A stretch of DNA of 64,000 nt, taken from assembly GCA_963675755.2 (NCBI GenBank), contig CAXXMD010000003.1:3168001-3232000 (forward strand). The letters run 5' to 3'. How positions within the stretch are numbered: position 1 is the stretch's first letter; each line of letters begins with the position of its first letter. Shown here piece by piece: positions 20,377 to 28,055 of the stretch. Below the pieces are notes generated by a model. The model searched no databases and was not told where the DNA came from. It saw nothing but the letters and a program-made list of their open reading frames with translations. Source of the stretch: a bacterium. GTDB taxonomy: Bacteria > Zhuqueibacterota > Zhuqueibacteria > Residuimicrobiales > Krinioviventaceae. A program made the position numbers and the translations under genes.

Positions 20377-20472
20377 GAATTTAGAACAGCACTCTCAGGC
20401 TGGCGCCCTAATACTTTATCGCAATCCTTTTTTATGTATCGCGGGATATGGGGTAGGGGACTTTTGGGGATA

Positions 20473-20499
20473 GGTTACAAGGCAGAGCCTTGTAAACAG
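20473..20499. repeat. REP-like palindrome copy 5 (one mismatch)
   Basis: GGTTACAAGGCAGAGCCTTGTAAACAG. Confidence 0.85.
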
Positions 20500-20650
20500 T
20501 GGGGACCTTGTTTGGGGCAAGATTGGGATGGACAAATCAAAGCCCATATCAGGATTTGTAGAGTGTTTTGATAGGGGTTTACAGTTTTTACGTCTATGAT
20601 TAAATATTTTTAGTGTTTTCGTTTTTTTTTTGCGAGTTTTGCGATATTAC

Positions 20651-20679
20651 TTGACAGTGACTAATTCTTTTTGTATTAT
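20651..20679 (+). promoter_or_regulatory. Sigma70-like promoter
   Basis: TTGACA-N17-TATTAT. Confidence 0.65.
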
Positions 20680-21993
20680 CCAAAAGGGAAGCAAGTCTTT
20701 TATTATTAGAAGTAAAAATTTCAATTTTCGGGGCGACTCACGGCGACTCGGTGATGTACCGGGTGAGACCAAAACTGATATTTAATCAACTGAAATAAAT
20801 ATTGAGAGGGGTATATGCATAGGAATCTGTACTTGATCATTTTATTTGTATTTGCGGTATCAATAGTATGTAAACGAATACCCACATTACCGGAAACAGA
20901 GCCGGAACCCGGCAGCAGAAATTATATATGGGAACTGGATACTCTGAACTCACCCATGAATTATTTCAATTCAATTTGGGGCGCGTCCCCAAATGATGTC
21001 TGGGCAGTAGGTGGGGCAGGTACCTATAAAGACCGGTTGTGGCATTTTAACGGCAATGAATGGTCGGTTTATAATAAAGAAGCAATTAATGTTTGTGGTG
21101 TTACCCTTTGGGGCACTGGTCCGAACAATGTTTGGATGGGCGGACAGGGCGGTTGGGGAGTTGGAGGTGGCGCAATCTGGCATTATAATGGTGATAAATG
21201 GGAACAGTACTATCATTGCCAGATTGAAAATGCATATTCAATTGAAGTTAGAGATATCTGGGGTATCGCCTCGAATAATGTTTATGCTTGTGGTACGATT
21301 AGTTTCTTTGATGGTACCAATGAAAAATGGAGAGGATTTGTGTTACATTTTGATGGAAAAGAATGGAGACAAGTTGTACAGGCATCATTTAATTCGCAAT
21401 TCATGAAAATCAGGAAAAATGATAATAGTGTTATTGTACAATCTTATGCTATTGATAAAGAAAGCAGCGCTAAAGATGTAATAACATTTTATCAAATAAA
21501 AAATAATGATCTTGATGAAATATATTCAACTACCCGTGAAAATATTGACTGGGCAAGCCTTCATGTTATTGATGGAATAACCTATTTTGTGATTGGAGAA
21601 GATATTTATTCTTTTTCAAGTGGAAACATTGAAAAACAGTTTACAATTCCATTTGAAGAATTTGAATGTCAGATATTTGGTCGTACTAAACTTGATATCT
21701 TTGTTAGTATGAAGGATGGTATTGCTCATTATAATGGAGAAGATATTGAATATTTGTATTATTATCCAGGTGAACGGATGTCAGAAGTAAATGATCCATT
21801 AATTTTTAAAAATGAAGTATTTTTTGTTGTGTTAAATTTTAACGGAAATGTAAATGAAACAAATTTAATTTTACATGGCAAGATTTTAAAATAAGGAGAA
21901 TACTGCTAAACCATAAGAATAATTAATCGGAGACAGCGATTGCGGCGCTGTCTCCTGAATTTAGAACAGCACTCTCAGGCTGGCGCCCTAATA
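20674..21993 (+). repeat. 1320-bp direct repeat unit 2
   Basis: Aligns to 19094-20413. Confidence 0.92.
20815..21894 (+). CDS. Putative beta-propeller lipoprotein, paralog B
   Basis: Same length (359 aa) and colinear with 19235-20314. Confidence 0.8.
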   Translation: MHRNLYLIILFVFAVSIVCKRIPTLPETEPEPGSRNYIWELDTLNSPMNYFNSIWGASPNDVWAVGGAGTYKDRLWHFNGNEWSVYNKEAINVCGVTLWGTGPNNVWMGGQGGWGVGGGAIWHYNGDKWEQYYHCQIENAYSIEVRDIWGIASNNVYACGTISFFDGTNEKWRGFVLHFDGKEWRQVVQASFNSQFMKIRKNDNSVIVQSYAIDKESSAKDVITFYQIKNNDLDEIYSTTRENIDWASLHVIDGITYFVIGEDIYSFSSGNIEKQFTIPFEEFECQIFGRTKLDIFVSMKDGIAHYNGEDIEYLYYYPGERMSEVNDPLIFKNEVFFVVLNFNGNVNETNLILHGKILK

Positions 21994-22058
21994 GACAGTT
22001 TTTAAAAAACTGCATGGGCTGTTCTATGGAAATATAATAATTTTTTCAAAAAAGGAAA

Positions 22059-24789
22059 ATGATTATGAGAAAAATTTGTTTATTTTTTTTACTGCTAATG
22101 ATGTTTGGAAATGTATTTTCACAAACTCTCTACAGATCAATAACCAGACAACCATCATCAATCGAATGTATTCTAAAGTATTATCCACCAAATGGTGGTT
22201 GGACATCATATGATGGTGCTTCTTATCATATTGGTAATGTAACTTTTCCTAATGTTGATGATCCAGAGGAAGATGATATTTATCTATATAGGTCATACTT
22301 TGTATTTAACGTTAGTTCAATACCAGATAATGCTACAATTACTCAAGTTGAGGTGGTTTATTCAACAGGTGATAATGGTGATTATACCTTCAGACTTACA
22401 AATATTCCTTCCGTTGAAGGGATTCGGTCCGAAGATTGGGGGCCAATTGGTTCTAGTACTATCCTTGAAGATGAGCTGGATTATGGGAGTGATAGTTTTT
22501 ATTCGACAAATTTTAAGAATGCAGTGACTGTTGCTTTAGAGAGTAATAATCTAATCATTGGTGCTTTATCAGAAGATGAATGGACACATGGTTCATTGAC
22601 TACTTTAAGTTTAAGTTTGAATATTGATTATTCTTATCCTGCTGATGCGGTTGATATTATAGTAAAAAATGATCTATACGGTGCAACGGGCGGAAACGTT
22701 GGCGTAGCGATTTATCCGAATTCACTGGTTTCCCATTCCAGTCCCTATTCATTTACCGCTTATGAAGAAGATAGGTTGAATTTGGCAGCTTATGACAACC
22801 AAAGCGTTAGCGGTAAAACCTGGTTTTTTAATGATACGGAATATGGTGTAGAGAATAGTGTGTGGAGAAAATATTCAAACGGAAGTTATTCGACAATAGC
22901 TAATACTGCAAATCTAACAACTAATCAATTAACTACAAGTGATGATGACGCTAATTTTATTGCTTATTTGAAATCATCAACTTATACAACTAGTGGAACA
23001 TTGTCTTATGATGAAATTTGGTTTACTTCTTTTACTTTGGAGGACGATGTTTTTGTGCCTGATGGAAAAACACTCACTATTGCCAGTGGTACAAGCATCA
23101 CTCTTGATGATTGTTTTATAAAGTGTCAGGGGACAGGGCGAATTGTAAATAATGGAACAGTTTCATCAGGTATTTCTGTTAAAGATGGTTCAACAATAAA
23201 AGGTTATTATTATACTGTTGGTGACGCAATGACAAATGCGCTTACCGGGCAATCAGTGTATTTGTCTTTCAGGTAGTTATTCCGGTTGGATCAGCATGAG
23301 AAGTGGAATTGATGTTATAGGATCAGGATCAACAAGTACGTATGTTGGGCAGGTTGCCTTTAATAGTCAAACGAATTGTGAACTCAAAAACCTCAATACT
23401 TCTAATCTGGATATCTCTGGTGGCAACTCTACTACCAAAGTGACCAATGTTCGAACCAACTATCGAATTGAGCTCAATAATAGCAGCGCGTTTTTAAGCA
23501 ATGTAACGTTTTTACAAGGGGATTATTATCCTGGAATAGATGTTAATGATGGCAATCCTGTACTGTATAATATAACTTCAACAACCACCCGATCAAGTTC
23601 CGGAGACCCGGCTGTTTATCTTCATGGAGGAGCAAGTCCCAATATTTATGTTGGTTCAATCCGTAATAAGAATAGAGGTATTCAGATCGGTAGTTCCTGC
23701 TATGCAACAACAGATGCTGATTTTTGTTCAAATACCTGGGACATGTACGCCCTTAGTGGTGCCTGGGATTCTGATATAGATGGTTATTTCAGTGCTCAGG
23801 ACCCTGAGGATTGTTTATATTATCCAAGTGGTGATCTGGAAGATTATTATGAGATAGGAAGTTGGAATTACTGCGGTGCTGGTGTTGCGAAACATGAAAC
23901 TGGTGACAAGATCGAGTCAATGGTTGGTGGTAGTATAACAGATAAAGGATTAAAAGGGGCGTTCAAGGAGTATAACAATATCCGTAAAATTATGATAAAT
24001 GATGCCAAGACCGGAAACATGGACCCCAAATTATATGAGACAGAGTTTGAAGCATTGCTCACAACATTTGCGGATTACGCTCAAACCGGTGATGAGAAAA
24101 ACAGTCCACTTGCCTTAAAGTTATATCAGAATATCTGTTTTGATCTTGAAAAACCGGAACAGTTCTTGTCGTTACTGAATAAGGTAAAAACTGATAACAA
24201 GAGCGAAGCATTGGCCCCGCATCTCGCACATCTAACTATTTCGTATTACAGTTATTTAAATGATGTGAAAAGTGCCTTGATCGAGACAGAAATGTTTGGT
24301 AAGAATTTTCCAAAATCTGATCTGTTGGTAGAAGTTTTGTATAACAAGGGTGTATTGTACCGTTTTGGTTTAGAGGATTGCGACAACGCCGCTAAAGCCT
24401 ATTCGGAAGTGATTGAGCGTTTCCCTGACCACCCTACAGCTGAATCTGCAAGAGCATCACTTGAGCGTTTGGGTGTTTCGAAACCGGAAACGGAAGAGGA
24501 AAGTATTGAACCTATTAAATTAGCATTGGGTAACTTTCCTAATCCATTTAATCCAACCACAGAAATTCATTTTTCATTGCCAGAAACCGGCTTTGTAAGC
24601 ATCAAGGTTTTTGATGTAATGGGGCGTCTGGTTACAACGTTGGTAAGGGCAAATATGAACGCGGGCGCGCACCAGGTGATCTGGAACAGCCGGGACCAGT
24701 ATGGTAATACCGTAGCGTCTGGCATGTATTTTTATCGTATGCAATACCAGGACCAGACCCTAACTCAAAAAATGGTACTTATGAGGTAA
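22059..24789 (+). pseudogene. Secreted protein (beta-helix, TPR, FlgD-Ig/T9SS tail) split by a 1-nt frameshift at about 23267
   Basis: ORF 22059-23276 has the signal peptide; ORF 23236-24789 has TPR (AYSEVIERFPDHP) and NFPNPFNP tail but no signal. Deleting one T from TCTTTCA gives continuous GQSVYLSSGSYSG. Confidence 0.7.
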
Positions 24790-24821
24790 GTTATGAAAAG
24801 CAGGCAAAATAGCTTGAAAAT

Positions 24822-24861
24822 AAAAAAACCGGACAACCCTTTAGCGAGGAACGTTGCCCGG
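24822..24861 (-). terminator. Minus-strand intrinsic terminator
   Basis: CCGGGCAAC...GTTGTCCGG then T7 on the minus strand; the G-U pair only forms on that strand. Confidence 0.7.
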
Positions 24862-24893
24862 CACATCCAAAGGTAACAATGTTACCTAAAGCG

Positions 24894-24927
24894 AGGTCCG
24901 TTACTTTTTCAGTAGCGGGCCTTTTTT
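24894..24927 (+). terminator. Plus-strand intrinsic terminator
   Basis: AGGTCCGTTACT-TTTTC-AGTAGCGGGCCT followed by a T-tract. Confidence 0.75.
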
Positions 24928-24976
24928 AATATAAAAATGTTTGCCTGAATAGCAAGGATTTTTCAATGTTTGTCAA

Positions 24977-25004
24977 TCGGGCGGACGCACAGGTCTGCCC
25001 TTAC
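24977..25004 (-). repeat. Second REP-type element (GTAA-GGGCAGAC...GTCCGCCC)
   Basis: Minus strand GTAAGGGCAGACCTGTGCGTCCGCCCG: a GTAG-like tetramer followed by an imperfect palindrome; single copy in the window. Confidence 0.5.
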
Positions 25005-25018
25005 AAAAACGATTTAAA

Positions 25019-26305
25019 TTATTCCAGTTTAAAATGCTTGCGAATATCCTGTAGTTCATCTTCATTGATGGCAACCAGACCGCCCAGGCTCTTGGCATCG
25101 ATGAGGGAGCGGGCGCTGAATTCAGCCACTTCCAGCCGGTCAAAGGCTTCCAGCAGCGAGCTGCCAACAGTCAGAATGGCATCATGCTCCAGCAAAATAA
25201 CCGGGGTGCTCTTGTTGAGCATTTTTGAGATTTTGCCTTCCTGTGTAAACTGGTCTCCAAAGGGGATCTTTGGGATGTCCCGCAGCAAAATATAACTCTC
25301 TGGAATGGAGCGCGTATCAAAGTTGTCTTCAGTAATGCTGAATGCCATGGCATTTGGCGCCTGGGCTGAGATGATGGCATTGATCTCGGGATGATCGCGA
25401 TAGATGCGGTCGTGCAGCAGTACGGAGCGGCTGGGCAGTTTACCGCGCTCGCGCTTGCGATCGTTGATCAATACAATATCCTGAACGTCCAGCAAGCGTC
25501 TGTCAACACCGGTTGGGGTAATCACAAAACTGTTCTGATGCACACGTACCGAAACTACACCTTCTGTACTGTTCATGATCTGCTGATCATAAGCTCGGTG
25601 CACAATTTCGCAGATATGGCGTCTATAGGCTTTTTCTCGATTGCTGCGGTTTTCAGGATCAAACTCTACCAGGTAATGCTTGGACTGGTGAAACAGAGCA
25701 AGCTGGTCGTCTGTGAGCTCGCGATATTTTCCCAGAACGTTAGCGCGTATTGCCAGACGTGCGCAAAAATCAAGGGTCTCAAAACGGTGGAACGCTTCCA
25801 TAATGCTGCCGCCGCCGCAAACCACGCCGTGGTTTTCCATAATTATAGAGTCGTTACCGTCTTTGAAAGACTGGGCAATCAACTCTCCCAGCTTGTCGCT
25901 GCCGGGCAGGGCATAGGGAGCATAGCCAATGTTACCGCAAATATCATCCGCTTGCGGCAAAATGCGGGTTGAGGGCTTTTGCCGGGCAATGCTGAATGAT
26001 ACCAGCGCACTGGGGTGTGCATGCACAATACCACGGATATCGGGACGGTTATCATAAATCGCTTTGTGAAACGGAAACTCGGAAGAAGGTTTGTGAAGAC
26101 CCTTGATCTCGCCGTCCGCTTTAACGCGCACAATATCGTCCCATTCCAGCTTGCCTTTATCAACACCGGCGGGAGTAATCCAAATATCTCCATTTTCATC
26201 CCGAATCGAGAGGTTGCCGCCAGAAGTCGTTGTCATTCCATATCTGTATACACGCTGCATAAACAAAGTCAGCAGTTCTTTGGGGTGGGTTATATCGTAA
26301 TACAC
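25019..26305 (-). CDS. Class II aldolase/adducin family protein with two tandem aldolase domains
   Basis: GGNLS, PSSEFPFH, VHAHP and MENHG in domain 1; EGVVS, PSRSVLLH, ISAQA and LEHDA in domain 2. Confidence 0.88.
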   Translation of the reverse strand: MYYDITHPKELLTLFMQRVYRYGMTTTSGGNLSIRDENGDIWITPAGVDKGKLEWDDIVRVKADGEIKGLHKPSSEFPFHKAIYDNRPDIRGIVHAHPSALVSFSIARQKPSTRILPQADDICGNIGYAPYALPGSDKLGELIAQSFKDGNDSIIMENHGVVCGGGSIMEAFHRFETLDFCARLAIRANVLGKYRELTDDQLALFHQSKHYLVEFDPENRSNREKAYRRHICEIVHRAYDQQIMNSTEGVVSVRVHQNSFVITPTGVDRRLLDVQDIVLINDRKRERGKLPSRSVLLHDRIYRDHPEINAIISAQAPNAMAFSITEDNFDTRSIPESYILLRDIPKIPFGDQFTQEGKISKMLNKSTPVILLEHDAILTVGSSLLEAFDRLEVAEFSARSLIDAKSLGGLVAINEDELQDIRKHFKLE

Positions 26306-26441
26306 TGTGGTTCCTTTCCTTAAACGTTTTCGTAGAACTGTATAATGTACAATTTTTTCTAAAAAAATGCATGTTAATCTTTAATTGAACACACAGAATG
26401 ACAAAAATATTTTTATTTTTTTTAGAATTTATGAAACAGAT

Positions 26442-26459
26442 TTGAGAATTTTTTCACAA
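26442..26459. promoter_or_regulatory. Rex-like operator
   Basis: TTGAGAA-TTTT-TTCACAA, one mismatch from TTGTGAA-N4-TTCACAA. Confidence 0.5.
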
Positions 26460-26461
26460 AG

Positions 26462-26477
26462 TGTTTCATTTGAAACA
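26462..26477. promoter_or_regulatory. Upstream activator sequence for a sigma54 enhancer-binding protein
   Basis: Palindrome TGTTTCA-TT-TGAAACA (TGT-N10-ACA), about 120-135 bp upstream of the -24 box; further TGAAACA half-sites at 26432, 26541 and 26551 (inverted). Confidence 0.6.
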
Positions 26478-26597
26478 TTTTGTTTCTTGTGCGATAAGTT
26501 ACTGTTTTTAAATGTTGTCCGCAAGTATGTTCCGTAATTTTGAAACACGCTGTTTCATGGTGTTTGTTTTGTTTGTTGTTTTTATTGGGTTTATGGC

Positions 26598-26613
26598 TGG
26601 TACGCTGTTTGCA
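26598..26613 (+). promoter_or_regulatory. Sigma54 (-24/-12) promoter
   Basis: TGGTACG-CTGT-TTGCA versus consensus TGGCACG-N4-TTGCW. Confidence 0.75.
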
Positions 26614-26714
26614 GTCGTGTTCCAAAAATCGGCAGATGCCGTTTAAAAGTTACAAGACTATGAAAAACAGTGGATTATATATCTGCTGAATTCACTAAAA
26701 ACCTGGAGTTTAAA

Positions 26715-28019
26715 GTGAAACAACACATTGCAGGATTTTTAATTTTACTGATGGGATTATTTGTACTGTTTTCCTGTACAAAGAAATATCCCGACCAAAC
26801 CCAGATGGATTTGGCAATTGGTGGAGATGGGTGTACCAGCTGTCATATGAATACCGATCTGTTAAAGGAGGTAGCTACCCCTCAGGAAGATACCGAGGGT
26901 GATGCGGGCGAAGGCTGAGGCGGGGAAGTGGCTCCGTTGGAGACATGGCAGATGGTTTCAATTAAAGAATCTTTTCTAAGTACCTCACATGGTAAACTGG
27001 GCTGTACAGCTTGTCACTTTGGTAATGCCAAAGCAAAGACAAAAGAAGAAGCCCACGTAGACGACTTTGTTGCAAGTCCCAGTATGCAGCCGGATGTATA
27101 TTGTGAAGGTTGTCATGCTGAAATTACCAATGATCATAATGGTAGTTTGCACAAAAATCTCGATGGATATTACAAACGTATTGAAAAGCGCCTGGGTTAT
27201 GATATTTCAGGTGATGAAATGATTGTTGGCGAATTCAATAAAGAATGCGGCAAGTGTCATGCTAGCTGCGGACAGTGTCACGTTTCCCGACCTGTATCCG
27301 TTAAAGGTGGTTTCCTGGATGGACACACCTTCCAGCGTGAACCGACCATGAAAGACAATTGTACAGCATGTCATGGCAGTCGTGTTGGCGCCGAATTCTT
27401 TGGTGAGAATGAAGGCATGAGAGCAGACGTTCATTGGATCCCCAATGTAAAACGTTGTGTTTTCTGTCACGATGGCAATTCTATGCATAGTTCAACGGAT
27501 GGTGCAACCCACCGCTATGAAGACCAGGATATGACCCGTTGTGAAGACTGCCATATGGATGACAAAGAAGCTAATGAATATCATCTTACGCACTGGAAAG
27601 ATGACGGCGGATTGTCATGCCAGGTTTGTCATTCTCAGGACTATAAGAACTGTAATAGCTGCCATACCGGTGGCGCGGGAATTACCGGCAGTTCGTATAT
27701 GGATTTCAAGATTGCCAAGAACCCGATCAAGACAGATTACCGGAACTATGATGTTGTAACGGTACGTCATATTCCAATTTCTCGTGATACCTATACAAGC
27801 TGGGGTATTACTGACTTGCCGAATTACAATGTTGAACCCACCTGGAAATATGCAACACCGCATAATATTCAGCGTTGGACAGCTCGTACAGATACAACCG
27901 GTAGTACAGCTTGTTATGAAAAGTGTCATAATTCAGATTATTACCTGACGCTTGAAGACTTGTTTGAAGAAGAAGTTGATGCAAACAAGGATTACGTATT
28001 AACACGAAATGATAACTAG
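26715..28019 (+). CDS. Predicted selenocysteine-containing multiheme cytochrome c lipoprotein (Sec68; 10 CXXCH + 1 CX3CH)
   Basis: GTG start with SD GGAG and lipobox LFSC; CTSCH precedes the in-frame TGA at 26916-26918; the frame continues GGC GGG GAA GTG into the 363-aa multiheme ORF, which has no export signal of its own. Confidence 0.8.
26919..26946 (+). promoter_or_regulatory. Candidate bacterial SECIS element
   Basis: GTG-G-CTCC-GTT-GGAG-A-CAT hairpin; the apical loop starts with GU, 17 nt after the UGA. Confidence 0.6.
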
Positions 28020-28055
28020 AACAAATAACAAATAATACAAAATGGAGGAAACTCG

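Larger units (their letters stand above)
19094..20413 (+). repeat. 1320-bp direct repeat unit 1
   Basis: Aligns to 20674-21993 at offset 1580; ends near-identical, middle diverged. Confidence 0.92.

Noticed and set aside
19235-21894. Diversity-generating retroelement TR/VR pair
   Set aside because: Differences are not adenine-specific, include many synonymous third-position changes, span whole genes, and no reverse transcriptase is present.
23255-23280. Programmed ribosomal frameshift
   Set aside because: No recognisable slippery heptamer or prfB-like CTT-TGA site; a 1-nt insertion or sequencing error is simpler.
26422-26625. 67-aa minus-strand ORF in the aldolase/cytochrome intergenic region
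   Set aside because: Low-complexity translation overlapping the sigma54 promoter and operator motifs; better explained as regulatory DNA.
26916-26918. Genome-wide UGA reassignment (Trp/Gly) as the explanation for readthrough
   Set aside because: TGA terminates several conserved genes at their expected ends (ECF sigma, cydA, cysC, cysN, the WecB-family gene), and Trp is encoded by TGG throughout.
26928-28019. Independent gene starting at GTG 26928
   Set aside because: It has no signal peptide for a protein with 9-10 heme motifs and only a weak SD; the upstream in-frame ORF supplies the lipoprotein signal. Not fully excluded.
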